A stretch of 47,841 nt of DNA from Candidatus Woesearchaeota archaeon (GTDB lineage: Archaea > Nanobdellota > Nanobdellia > Woesearchaeales > GW2011-AR9): assembly GCA_016185725.1 (NCBI GenBank), contig JACPNA010000057.1, positions 1 to 47,841 on the forward strand. The letters run 5' to 3'. A program made the position numbers and the translations under genes. Each line of letters opens with the position of its first letter. The stretch's first letter is position 1. Under the pieces are notes generated by a model, which ran no database searches, was not told the DNA's origin, and worked only from the letters and a program-made list of their open reading frames with translations. Below, piece by piece: positions 30,686 through 40,489 of this stretch.

Positions 30686-32182
30686 ATGTCCTTAACCATC
30701 GAAGAAATGGCCGTATTCTGTAAAAAGAAAGGATTTGTCTATCCTAACTCCGAAATATACGGTGGTCTATCCGGATTTTTCGACTACGGTCCATTAGGCG
30801 TCGAACTAAAAAATAACCTCAAACAAGCCTGGTGGAATTATCATGTTAAACGCAGAGACGACATCGTCGGCATTGATGGTTCTATTTTAGCTAATCCTAA
30901 AGTCTGGGTCGCTTCCGGTCATATCAGCAACTTCACCGATATTCTCATCGAATGTAAAAAATGCCATTCTCGCGAACGTGCTGACACCGTAGTCGAAGAA
31001 AAAACAAAACTCTCCGCCGATGGTTTGAATGTCAAACAATTACAGGAATTAATTTTAAAACATCATCTCAAATGTCCCAAATGTAACAGTGATTTCTCCG
31101 AACCTTCCCAATTCAATTTAATGTTTCAAACCCATGTTGGTCCAAAACAAAATGAAGAATCTATAGCTTACCTAAGACCAGAAACTGCCCAGCTAATATT
31201 TGCCAATTTCAAAAATATCCTCGACACCAGCCGTGTTAAGCTTCCCTTCGGCATCGCCCAGATAGGGAAAGCATTTCGTAACGAAATCGCTCCCAGAAAT
31301 TTCCTCTTCCGCTGCCGCGAATTCGAACAAATGGAGATAGAATATTTTGTTCACCCCAATCACCTCCAAGACTGTCCTTATCTCAGAGACATTCAAAACG
31401 TTGAAATTTTGACCTACAGCGCGGAAATGCAGGAAAAAGATCTCGAACCACAGAAATTCAAGATGAAAGAACTGTTAGAGAAAAAGATCATCAAATTATC
31501 CTGGCATGCCTACTGGCTAGCCACCGAATATAATTTTTTCATGCAGTTAGGCATTAACCCCCATAATATTAGGATCCGTCAGCATAAAAAATCCGAGCTT
31601 GCTCATTATGCTTCTGACTGTTGGGACTTAGAATACAAATTTCCCTTCGGCTGGAAAGAATTACAGGGCATCGCCGACCGTTCCGATTTCGACCTAAAAC
31701 AGCACATTAAACATTCTGGTAAAGACCTAAGCATATATGACGAAGAAAAGAAACAAAAAATCATTCCCCTAGTTATCGCCGAGCCTTCTCTTGGCTTAGA
31801 CCGTTCTTTCCTATTATTAATGTACGAAGCATATTATGATGATAAAGAACGTGGCAATATAGTTTTAAAATTACCCCGCCAGTTAACCCCATATTATTGT
31901 GCCTTATTTCCCTTAGTTAAAAACAAACCAGAACTAGTTGCCTTCGCCGAAGAAGTTTATAAAGATATAAAAACCAGCTATTCTTGTTATTATGATGAAT
32001 CTGGCAGTGTAGGTCGCCGTTATGCCCGTGCCGATGAAATCGGCGTAAAATATTGTATTACTATTGACTTTGATTCCTTAGACGACAAACAAGTAACTAT
32101 CCGTGATCGTGACACCACCAAGCAAGAACGTATACCTATCTCTAAACTAAAAGAACAATTATATCATTTATACCAAAAATGA
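30686..32182 (+). CDS. glyS: Glycine--tRNA ligase (alpha2 type)
   Basis: DYGPLG, LRPETAQ, GKAFRNEI, REFEQME, EPSLGLDR, GRRYARADEIG. Confidence 0.97.
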   Translation: MSLTIEEMAVFCKKKGFVYPNSEIYGGLSGFFDYGPLGVELKNNLKQAWWNYHVKRRDDIVGIDGSILANPKVWVASGHISNFTDILIECKKCHSRERADTVVEEKTKLSADGLNVKQLQELILKHHLKCPKCNSDFSEPSQFNLMFQTHVGPKQNEESIAYLRPETAQLIFANFKNILDTSRVKLPFGIAQIGKAFRNEIAPRNFLFRCREFEQMEIEYFVHPNHLQDCPYLRDIQNVEILTYSAEMQEKDLEPQKFKMKELLEKKIIKLSWHAYWLATEYNFFMQLGINPHNIRIRQHKKSELAHYASDCWDLEYKFPFGWKELQGIADRSDFDLKQHIKHSGKDLSIYDEEKKQKIIPLVIAEPSLGLDRSFLLLMYEAYYDDKERGNIVLKLPRQLTPYYCALFPLVKNKPELVAFAEEVYKDIKTSYSCYYDESGSVGRRYARADEIGVKYCITIDFDSLDDKQVTIRDRDTTKQERIPISKLKEQLYHLYQK

Positions 32183-32727
32183 ATAATACCAAAAGAGGTC
32201 ATATTAGCCTAGCTTTAATCTACTTAACAGTCTCATTGATACTTTTATCTATTTTATACTTTCTAATTAAAGATGAAACATTGCAATTAATTATTATTCT
32301 CTTATCTTTTGTAATTTTAATAGTGGGTTTATTTATCTATTTCTTTTCTACAACATCCTTAAAACGTAAAATTCGTAAACAAATATCTAAAATAATGTTT
32401 AATCTTGACGCCTTTTCTCTTGATACACTTAAAGAGAGCTATTTGGAAATTTATCGTTCCTACATGAAACTATCGGAAAAAAACAAACAAAACTTTTACA
32501 CCTCTGTAAACAAACTTCGCCAGGAGATTGAAGAAAAACTAAAAGCAAAAAAGAAATTAGAACTATTACTGGATCAATCCTCCATTGGCAATATCGAAGA
32601 ACAAAAGAAAACGTTGGGAAATATCCATCAATTATACCAACAATTACCTCATTCTGACCAAGAGCAATATACTGCGCAAATTCAGCACATCCAAGAAAAA
32701 TTAGAGAAAAGCTTAAATTCTAATTAA
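32179..32727 (+). CDS. Hypothetical membrane protein
   Basis: ATGA overlap with glyS; two N-terminal TM helices and a helical tail. Confidence 0.75.
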   Translation: MNNTKRGHISLALIYLTVSLILLSILYFLIKDETLQLIIILLSFVILIVGLFIYFFSTTSLKRKIRKQISKIMFNLDAFSLDTLKESYLEIYRSYMKLSEKNKQNFYTSVNKLRQEIEEKLKAKKKLELLLDQSSIGNIEEQKKTLGNIHQLYQQLPHSDQEQYTAQIQHIQEKLEKSLNSN

Positions 32728-32742
32728 CACAAAGCGAGAAAA

Positions 32743-33147
32743 ATGCAAATAAAAGATATCCAACCAAACCAAGGTAACATCGAAATTACCGCTGAGGTCA
32801 CCCAAAAAGAAGTGCCTCGTACCTTCGAGAAATTTGGCAAGAAAGGTAAAGTATGCAGTGCTATTCTCAAAGACGAATCTGGCACAATTAAATTAACCCT
32901 TTGGAACGAAGATATCGACAAAATCAACCCCGGCGATACTATTAAGCTCACCAACGGCTGGTGTTCCGAATTCAAAAGCGAAAAACAATTATCTACCGGA
33001 AAATTTGGTAAGATCGAAATACTTTCATCGGGCACTCCAGTCTCTTTCGTCACCAACGACCCTACTATTCTTAACCCTCAATACAAAAACTTTGAGAAAG
33101 AAGACGACGAAGTCGAACCAATCGATGACGAAGAGTTTGTCGATTAA
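32743..33147 (+). CDS. ssb: Single-OB-fold ssDNA-binding protein
   Basis: LKDESGTIKLTLW, GKFG, acidic C-terminal tail. Confidence 0.9.
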   Translation: MQIKDIQPNQGNIEITAEVTQKEVPRTFEKFGKKGKVCSAILKDESGTIKLTLWNEDIDKINPGDTIKLTNGWCSEFKSEKQLSTGKFGKIEILSSGTPVSFVTNDPTILNPQYKNFEKEDDEVEPIDDEEFVD

Positions 33148-33237
33148 ATTTTAATAAGAGGGATTTTCGTAAGAAATATCCCTCCGACGTACGACTTGCA
33201 TAGTGTAACTTGCGATGACGAAGAGTTTGTCGATTAA
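33123..33237 (+). repeat. 25-bp perfect direct repeat of the ssb 3' end around a 65-bp insert
   Basis: CGATGACGAAGAGTTTGTCGATTAA at 33123-33147 and 33213-33237. Confidence 0.95.
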
Positions 33238-33284
33238 TCCCTCAAACCATAATTTTATATAATTCTTTAGTTTATCTATGTTTA

Positions 33285-33611
33285 ATGAAACTCCCTCCCT
33301 CCTTGAAACAAAAAAAACGTTACATTGTCTTTGAAATCATCGCCAAAGATAAATTCACCCCGCTAGAAATAAATCAAGCTATCAACGAAGCTCTCCATGA
33401 CTTTCTCGGCCAATTAGGATTAGCCAAATCATCTCCCCACCTCCTTAAAGAAAAAATCATTCACCATAAATTTATCTTAAAAATCAACCATAATTGGGTT
33501 GATCAAGCCAAAACCGCTGTCATTTTAATCAAAAAGATTAAAAACACCCCCATAATTATTAAATCCATAACCACTTCTGGCACTTTAAAGAAAGCCAGTA
33601 TATATTTATAA
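33285..33611 (+). CDS. rnp2: RNase P protein Pop5/Rpp14
   Basis: LPPSLKQKKRYIVFEI, FLGQLG, TSGTLKKA; directly upstream of psmA. Confidence 0.9.
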   Translation: MKLPPSLKQKKRYIVFEIIAKDKFTPLEINQAINEALHDFLGQLGLAKSSPHLLKEKIIHHKFILKINHNWVDQAKTAVILIKKIKNTPIIIKSITTSGTLKKASIYL

Positions 33612-33627
33612 AACTGAGGTGTTTAAA

Positions 33628-34359
33628 ATGAATAAAAATCCACAACAACAAATGGTCGATAAAATGGGTTACGATCGCAGCATAACCATGTTTTCGCCTG
33701 ACGGCAGATTACTGCAGGTAGAATACGCAAAAAAAACCGTAAAACAAGGTTCTACCGCCATTGGTATCGCTTGTAAAGACGGCGTCGTTTTCGTTTCTGA
33801 CAAACGCGTCACTTCTAAACTTCTCGTACCCGAAGCCATTGAGAAAATGTTTAAGATTGATGACCATATCGCCGCTAACGCTGCTGGTATTATTTCTGAC
33901 GCAAGAGTTTTAGTTGACAGAGCACAGCTAAAAGCGCAACAACATGCTGTAACTTATGACTCTAAAATTGACATTTTATCAATAGTCAAAGACATGTGTG
34001 ACTTAAAACAAATCTGTACCCAATCCGCTGGTTTAAGACCATTTGGCGTATCCCTATTAGTCGGCGGTGTTGAAGAAGATGGCACGGTTAAACTATTCTT
34101 GACTGAACCCTATGGTTTATACTTTCAATATCGTGCTGCGGTCATCGGTGAAGGCGATGTAGAAATAGACGCCATGTTGCAAAAACGCTACAAACCTAAT
34201 CTTTCCGTTGACGAAGGTCTTCGTCTCGGCTTAAGCGTTCTCAAAGAATTCTTAAAAGAAGAATTCAACTTTGAACGTGTTGACGCTGCGTATATTGACG
34301 TAAACAGTAAACGCTATACAAAATTAAGCGACGAAGAATTAAAGAAATACGTCAAATAA
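33628..34359 (+). CDS. psmA: Proteasome subunit alpha
   Basis: YDRSITMFSPDGRLLQVEYA, RPFGVSLL; GAGGTG SD before ATG 33628. Confidence 0.97.
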   Translation: MNKNPQQQMVDKMGYDRSITMFSPDGRLLQVEYAKKTVKQGSTAIGIACKDGVVFVSDKRVTSKLLVPEAIEKMFKIDDHIAANAAGIISDARVLVDRAQLKAQQHAVTYDSKIDILSIVKDMCDLKQICTQSAGLRPFGVSLLVGGVEEDGTVKLFLTEPYGLYFQYRAAVIGEGDVEIDAMLQKRYKPNLSVDEGLRLGLSVLKEFLKEEFNFERVDAAYIDVNSKRYTKLSDEELKKYVK

Positions 34360-34617
34360 TTACCGGAAAACTTTGTTTTTCTTGTTCAGAACGGTGAATT
34401 TTCATAATCTGCTTATTTTTTGCGTTATAAATTAATTTTCTACCATTTCATATAATAATTATAAATAACAATCAGGGCATATAAATTAACCAATAAGTTT
34501 TTAAAAGAATGCTACAATTTCGTATCTATCGGAGGAAAAAACTGATTTCCGTTGTATTCATTTGCGTATATTTAAGAAAATGTATACATATTCAAGGCGG
34601 AGATAAAAAAAAGAACA

Positions 34618-35301
34618 ATGAGTAACATACTAATACAAGAACGAAGTATCGTCATTCCCGGCGAAACTCTCGCAGAAGGCATGGATTATCTTCCTGGAGA
34701 TAATACCTATCGTGAAGACGATAAGATTTATTCTAAAATTTTAGGTCTTGCCAATATTTCTGGAAGAGTTATAAGAATAACTCCCTTAGGCGGTCCATAC
34801 GTTCCTAAAATAGGCGACAAAATTATTGCTAAAGTTACCGACATAACCATGTCTGGCTGGCGTGCTGAAACTAACACTGCTTACATGGCTATGTTAAACG
34901 TTAAAGATGCCACCTCTCGGTTCATAAAAAAAGAAGAAGACCTAAGTCAAATAATTGCAATTAGTGATTATATTATTGTTATGATTATCAATGTAACTTC
35001 TCAAAATTTGATTGATTTGACTATGCGCGAACCCGGTTTGCATAAGATTACTGGCGGACGGGTAATAAAAATCAATTGTCAGAAAGTACCCCGTGTAATT
35101 GGCAAACAAGCCAGTATGATTAATATGATTAAAGAAAAAACAGGATGTGAAATTACTGTTGGTCAAAATGGTTTAATTTGGATTAAAGGTACTCCTGAAG
35201 GAGAACTTAACGCCGAAAAAGCCGTAAAACTCATCGAAGAAAAATCTCATCTTGAAGGTCTTACTGATAAAGTTCAAAAATTCTTAGAGGCATTAGCTTA
35301 A
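34618..35301 (+). CDS. rrp4: Exosome RNA-binding protein Rrp4
   Basis: VIPGE, YVPKIGD S1 domain, KVPRVIGK KH domain, GQNGLIWI. Confidence 0.95.
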   Translation: MSNILIQERSIVIPGETLAEGMDYLPGDNTYREDDKIYSKILGLANISGRVIRITPLGGPYVPKIGDKIIAKVTDITMSGWRAETNTAYMAMLNVKDATSRFIKKEEDLSQIIAISDYIIVMIINVTSQNLIDLTMREPGLHKITGGRVIKINCQKVPRVIGKQASMINMIKEKTGCEITVGQNGLIWIKGTPEGELNAEKAVKLIEEKSHLEGLTDKVQKFLEALA

Positions 35302-35302
35302 A

Positions 35303-36004
35303 ATGGCATATACAAAACGTGTTGACGGAAGAAAAATAGATGAATTGCGTCCTATGGACGCTAAAGTAGGAGTAATTCCTAATGCCGACGGTTCTGCTTA
35401 CTTTAAAATGGGTAACACCATTGCTTACGCTGCAGTGTACGGACCCAGAGAATTATTTCCCAAATTTTTGCAAGACCCTAAAAAAGGCGTAATTCGTTGT
35501 CATTATAGTATGATGCCCTTTTCCGGTTCTGGCGAAAGAATTCGTCCTGGTGGAAACCGCCGTTCTCAAGAAATTTCTATGGTTATGAATAATGCTTTAG
35601 AACCGGTTATCGACCTATCCGCCTTTCCTAATGCTGTAGTTGATATTTTTGTCGATTTACCGCAGACTGATGCTGGCACAAGATGTGCTGCCATCTCTGC
35701 AGTAGCTATGGCTCTTGCTCATGCCGGTATCCCCATGAAAGATATGATCAGCTCTGTTGCCATGGGCGAAGTTGACGGAACAGTCGTTGCCGATTTAAAT
35801 TATGACGAGGAATCTTATCCTGCCATCGTTTCGGATATTCCTATAGCTATGACCCATAACACCAAAGAAATTACCTTATTGCAGATGGATGGGGAAATTT
35901 CTAAACCCCAACTAATGAAAGCATTAGAGATGGCTAAACTTGCCACCGAAAAAGTGTATGCTTTGCAAAAAAAAGCCTTATTAGAAAAATTCGCCAAAGA
36001 ATAA
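35303..36004 (+). CDS. rrp41: Exosome exonuclease Rrp41
   Basis: RVDGRK.DELRP, ADGSA, VYGPRE, DAGTR, LLQMDG. Confidence 0.95.
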   Translation: MAYTKRVDGRKIDELRPMDAKVGVIPNADGSAYFKMGNTIAYAAVYGPRELFPKFLQDPKKGVIRCHYSMMPFSGSGERIRPGGNRRSQEISMVMNNALEPVIDLSAFPNAVVDIFVDLPQTDAGTRCAAISAVAMALAHAGIPMKDMISSVAMGEVDGTVVADLNYDEESYPAIVSDIPIAMTHNTKEITLLQMDGEISKPQLMKALEMAKLATEKVYALQKKALLEKFAKE

Positions 36005-36016
36005 AAGGAGATTAAA

Positions 36017-36808
36017 ATGATCGTAAACAAAGATACAATTTCTGAATTAGCTGCTCAAAATAAACGTCTTGACGGCCGCAGCTTAACCGAATATAGAAAA
36101 CCAATAAATGTTGAATTAAACATCTCTTGGACAGCAGAAGGTTCTTCTAAAGTTCAAATAGGCAACACAATTGTAATGGCCGGTGTAAAACTAAGTATTG
36201 AAAAAACGTACAATGATACCCCCAATGAAGGCGGAATTATGGTTAACGCTGAACTCTTACCCTTATCTAATCCTGATTATGAACCCGGTCCTCCTAGCAT
36301 TAAAGCTATCGAACTAGCTCGTGTTATCGATCGTGGTATTAGGGAAGCTAAAGCTGTTGACTTGAAAAAACTCTGCATAACCCCTGGAGAAAAAGCGTGG
36401 TTTGTTATTGTAGATATAATTACTATTAATGACGACGGTAATTTATTCGACGCTGCTGGTTTAGCCGCTCTTGCCGCATTAAAATCAGCATTCTATCCCA
36501 CGGTAAATAAAGAAACAGGCGCTATTGATTATAAGCATAAAACTAAAGAAAAATTACCTTTAATCAAAGAACCCCTGCCTGTAACCATCTACAAAGTTAA
36601 TAATAAATTATTAGTAGACCCCACCTTGGAAGAAGAAGGCGCTTATGATGCTCGTTTAACTGTAGCCACTGATGACGATGGAACAATTTCCGCCTTGCAA
36701 AAAGGTGGCACCGAACCATTAACCGCAGAAGAAATTTCACAGATAATTGATTTAGCCCAAGCAAAAGCTCGCTTTTTGCGTTCTGAACTGGATAAATTTT
36801 TAAAATAG
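36017..36808 (+). CDS. rrp42: Exosome protein Rrp42
   Basis: RLDGR, AEGS, DTPNEG, EPGPP, RVIDRGIRE, DGNLFD, QKGG. Confidence 0.95.
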   Translation: MIVNKDTISELAAQNKRLDGRSLTEYRKPINVELNISWTAEGSSKVQIGNTIVMAGVKLSIEKTYNDTPNEGGIMVNAELLPLSNPDYEPGPPSIKAIELARVIDRGIREAKAVDLKKLCITPGEKAWFVIVDIITINDDGNLFDAAGLAALAALKSAFYPTVNKETGAIDYKHKTKEKLPLIKEPLPVTIYKVNNKLLVDPTLEEEGAYDARLTVATDDDGTISALQKGGTEPLTAEEISQIIDLAQAKARFLRSELDKFLK

Positions 36809-36828
36809 AGCAATAATTATTATAAAAT

Positions 36829-37065
36829 ATGAAAAAAACAACCCTTCCAGAAACAACTGAGCCCTTAGTTTATACTAAATACGAAAAAGCTCGTATGATT
36901 GGTTCTCGTGCTTTACAATTATCTATGGGCGCTCCATTTTTAATCAAAATGGGTCCAGAAGAATTAGAGAAGATAAGATACAACACTCTTGAAATTGCTC
37001 TTCGCGAATTTAACGAAGGTGTTTTGCCTATAACTGTTAAACGCCCCGTTAGAAAAGCACAATAA
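36829..37065 (+). CDS. rpo6: RNA polymerase subunit K (Rpo6)
   Basis: TKYEKARMIGSRALQLSMGAP, LPITVKR. Confidence 0.95.
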   Translation: MKKTTLPETTEPLVYTKYEKARMIGSRALQLSMGAPFLIKMGPEELEKIRYNTLEIALREFNEGVLPITVKRPVRKAQ

Positions 37066-37092
37066 ATTTTTTATTTTAATCTTTTTCACTTT

Positions 37093-37383
37093 ATGATTAA
37101 TAAGATTACTAAAGAAAAATTAGAAAAATATTTCTCTGTTACTCAGCAAGCTTTAGATAAAGCTAAACTTGCCTTTGATGAAAAACGCCCATCGCAAGCC
37201 GAAGATTTTTTTGACATGGCTTCTCGTTACTTCCAAGACGCTCAATTTTTCTCCCAAGAAAAACACGATTATGTTACCGCCTTTGCCGCCTTAAATTATG
37301 CTCATGGTTGGCTTGACGCCGGTGCTAGGATTGGTTTGTTTAAAGTCAACGATTCTAGACTATTCACCGTAGACGACCAGTAA
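37093..37383 (+). CDS. DUF357 domain protein
   Basis: MASRYFQDAQFF...AFAALNYAHGWLDAGARIGLF. Confidence 0.88.
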   Translation: MINKITKEKLEKYFSVTQQALDKAKLAFDEKRPSQAEDFFDMASRYFQDAQFFSQEKHDYVTAFAALNYAHGWLDAGARIGLFKVNDSRLFTVDDQ

Positions 37384-37568
37384 GCCTACTACGAGTAAGC
37401 CTATTTTTCTTAAGAACATAGTTCTATTGTAACTACTATCAAGTTTCAAAACAACCAAAAGATTTATAAAGAACCACTGTTATAAGCTATAAATCATCAT
37501 ATTTGAAAGGGGTTCTAGTTTATTGCGATGTTTAATAATTATATCTTCAGAAGGAGGAAAAAAATAAC

Positions 37569-38369
37569 ATGATCATCCAAAAAGATTTTTTGAACCGCTT
37601 AAAAGACTTCGGTCTCAATACCTATGAAAGCAAATTATGGGTCGCTTTATTATCGCGTGGAGTTTCCACTGCCGGTGAATTATCTGACATTTCTAATGTT
37701 CCCCGTTCTCGTGCTTACGATGTTCTAGAATCCCTTGAAAAAAAAGGTTTTATTATTGTTAAAGTTGGAAAACCAATAAAATATTTAGCCGTTCCGCCAT
37801 CAGAAGTAGTTGAACGCGTTAAGAAAAAAGTTGTTGAAGAAGCAGATCAAAGACACAAAATATTATCCCAATTGAAAGACAGCGATGTTCTTGATGAACT
37901 TAACACCTTGCATACCGAAGGCGTTAAAATGATTGATCCTACCGACAAATCAGGCGCGTTCCGTGGCCGGGAAAAAGCATATGAACATATTACCACGATG
38001 ATCAAAAACGCTAAAAAAAGCGTTGTCTTAATGACCTCTAAAGAAGGCGTAGACCGTAAATATGATTTACTAAATAATCATTTCAAAAAAGCTGCCAAAA
38101 GTGGTGTTGACATCCGTATCGCTGTTCCTAATAATGCTAACAAAGAAACCATTAGCAACCTATCTAAACTCGGCAGTAAAGTCCATACAATTAAGAACAT
38201 AACCAACAACGCTCGTTTTTGCATTGTTGATGGCAAAGACCTACTGTTATTCTTAACCGACGACCAAAAAGTGCATAAAAGTTACGACTGTGCTGTTTGG
38301 GTCGAAGCTCCTCATTTTGTTGACTACTTCCAATCCTTGTTTGACAAAGAATGGAACGAAAAACAATAA
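37569..38369 (+). CDS. TrmB family transcriptional regulator
   Basis: GLNTYESK...SNVPRSRAYDVLESLEKKGF...GKPIKY, followed by a PLD-like domain. Confidence 0.92.
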   Translation: MIIQKDFLNRLKDFGLNTYESKLWVALLSRGVSTAGELSDISNVPRSRAYDVLESLEKKGFIIVKVGKPIKYLAVPPSEVVERVKKKVVEEADQRHKILSQLKDSDVLDELNTLHTEGVKMIDPTDKSGAFRGREKAYEHITTMIKNAKKSVVLMTSKEGVDRKYDLLNNHFKKAAKSGVDIRIAVPNNANKETISNLSKLGSKVHTIKNITNNARFCIVDGKDLLLFLTDDQKVHKSYDCAVWVEAPHFVDYFQSLFDKEWNEKQ

Positions 38370-38554
38370 ATTTTTTTCTTTTTAATCTTTTTATTCTCTA
38401 TTCTCACCTTGGAAGACAAAAAACCTGCCCTCATCATTTAGATTAGAAAACATCAATCTGAAAAAAGTTCAAATATTTATTCTTTCTGGACCTCATGTAT
38501 GGTCAGAATTTATAAAATTGGCTGTTCATAATTACCAAAAAAAGAAAAAGTAAA

Positions 38555-38905
38555 CTAAAAAAAACTCCCCTTAAATATTGAGCCTATCTCTGCTTTAAAC
38601 AATGTATCAATATTAATTGTTGTGATAAAGTTAATATTAAATTCTTTATTATACATCTTTTTGTAATAATTATCATTCTCTATTGCTTTAATCCCTTCAC
38701 TAGAACAATTCAAAAAATAGAATTGACCATCACTCGCTTCTTTTAATGAACTCTCTTCCAGAAGTTTATCTCTTTTTAGAAATCTTATTGCTTTTTCAAC
38801 ACGATTATGATCCCAATCAACTTTCTTTGCTAGTTCTACAGAACCAATATTCTCATTACGATATACTTGTGCTAACAAAAAAAGACCATCTTCAATGATT
38901 GCCAT
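38555..38905 (-). CDS. Hypothetical protein, possible winged helix
   Basis: AGGTGA SD before MAIIED; helix-turn-helix-like spacing. Confidence 0.55.
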   Translation of the reverse strand: MAIIEDGLFLLAQVYRNENIGSVELAKKVDWDHNRVEKAIRFLKRDKLLEESSLKEASDGQFYFLNCSSEGIKAIENDNYYKKMYNKEFNINFITTINIDTLFKAEIGSIFKGSFF

Positions 38906-39014
38906 ATTATCACCTTGTTTTATTTTAAAAATAATCACTATTAACCAGTTTTATTAAGATTATGAAACCAAAACTAACAATATATTAACTTAGCACCTTT
39001 TTCTAACACTAAAA

Positions 39015-39158
39015 TATGCTTTTTCCACCAGTGTGTTTCACTGGTGGCACACATCCACTAACACATAAAGTGGAAAAAGCATGGTCAGAAAACCGACCCG
39101 AGCCCGCAGGCGAGCATGCCACCAGTCTATTGACTGGTGGTGGTCGGTTTTCTTTGAC
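39015..39158 (+). mobile_element. Structured non-autonomous element, copy 3 (144 bp)
   Basis: Near-identical to copies 1 and 5; TAAAA|TATG...TTGAC. Confidence 0.9.
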
Positions 39159-39533
39159 TAGTTCTAAATTCAAAAGTTAAAACCAATTAATAATGGGACA
39201 AAAACTTCTTGGCTAAAGCCTCGACCTGAGGATAAACCTCAGGAAGCTTAACATCAAAAGTATTAACCGTGGAAGTAGAACCTGATCACAATGAAATATT
39301 ATCAATGGGATACGGTGAAAATAGTATGTCCGAACAAGTCCGTCCATCTCCTCCCGAATACAAAACGAATGTTGAATGGGGAAATACTATTATACATACT
39401 GACTTCTATGACAATCGCCAAGAAACAGAAAGTGGTCATGCTCTTCGTGTGAGACTATTTCGCATTGTATTAAATTAAATAAAACCAATTTTTAACCTAC
39501 ACTTTTTTAAACTCCAATTAATTTCTTTACTAA

Positions 39534-39881
39534 ATGCCAGGATTAAAACAAGTAATTTTAGTACGGAAAGACTTGCAGATGCCTAAAGGCAAACTCGCCG
39601 CACAATGCGCTCACGCTTCTGTCGAAGCCGTTCTCAAATCTGATCAAAAAGTAGTCCAAGCATGGTCCAAACAAGGCATGCCTAAAATTGTTCTCAAAGT
39701 AGAAGACGAAAAAGAACTTCTGCAATACTACCAAAAAGCAAAAGATACTAAACTTGCCGCTTCCCTAATTATCGACGCCGGTCGTACAGTTCTCGCCCCA
39801 AATACTAAAACCTGCGTTGGCATCGGCCCAGATGACGAAAAGAAAATAGATACTATTACAAAATCATTACCTCTCCTCTAA
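39534..39881 (+). CDS. pth2: Peptidyl-tRNA hydrolase Pth2
   Basis: KQVILVRKDL.MPKGKLAAQCAHAS, DAGRT, GIGP. Confidence 0.96.
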   Translation: MPGLKQVILVRKDLQMPKGKLAAQCAHASVEAVLKSDQKVVQAWSKQGMPKIVLKVEDEKELLQYYQKAKDTKLAASLIIDAGRTVLAPNTKTCVGIGPDDEKKIDTITKSLPLL

Positions 39882-39926
39882 CCACCCAAAAACTTTATAA
39901 ATAAGCCATCTTCTAATCTCTAAATA

Positions 39927-40235
39927 ATGAAACTACCTAAAGTAATGAAACGTTTTTGCAAATATTGCAAAAAACACACTGAACAAAAAGTAGCTGCTAA
40001 CAAAAAGAAAGCGGCAAGTTCTTTAAGTCACGGTTCTAAAATTCGTGCCAGTTTACGTGGCAGAGCTCGTGGTGTAGGTAACCTTGGTCGTTATTCTAAA
40101 CCCGCCGTAACCAAATTCAAACGTTCTGGTGCAAAAAACACTAAAAAATCAGACCTTCGCTATACTTGTAACATCTGTAAAAAAACCAGTGTACAATCAC
40201 ACGGAATTCGTGCAAAACGTGTGGAGTTAGTCTAA
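39927..40235 (+). CDS. rpl44e: 50S ribosomal protein L44e (eL42)
   Basis: FCKYCKKHT, KK.DLRYTC..C; precedes S27e. Confidence 0.93.
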   Translation: MKLPKVMKRFCKYCKKHTEQKVAANKKKAASSLSHGSKIRASLRGRARGVGNLGRYSKPAVTKFKRSGAKNTKKSDLRYTCNICKKTSVQSHGIRAKRVELV

Positions 40236-40237
40236 AC

Positions 40238-40420
40238 ATGAGAAGTTCAACCCCTAAAAGCAAATTCATTAAAGTTCGCTGTTCTAAATGTAAAAACGAA
40301 CAACTGATTTTTGGCAACACCAGTACCGTTGTAACCTGCCTAGTTTGTAACAAAGAAGTAGCTTATCCTACTGGCGGAAAGTCTCGCATCTCTGCAAGAG
40401 TTCTAGAAATTTTAGAATAA
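40238..40420 (+). CDS. rps27e: 30S ribosomal protein S27e
   Basis: SKFIKVRCSKCKNEQLIF, C..C, PTGGK. Confidence 0.95.
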   Translation: MRSSTPKSKFIKVRCSKCKNEQLIFGNTSTVVTCLVCNKEVAYPTGGKSRISARVLEILE

Positions 40421-40489
40421 ATATCTCTCATTTTCTTTCTTATAGTCAACGACACAATTAAATAATAATATTATCTGTCGTTTCCTGTT

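Noticed and set aside
33123-33237. Mini CRISPR array
   Set aside because: Only two repeats, the repeat is ssb coding sequence, the spacer is 65 bp, and there are no cas genes in the window.
37379-37403. 10-bp direct repeat AGTAAGCCTA at the DUF357 stop
   Set aside because: Too short to distinguish from local replication slippage.
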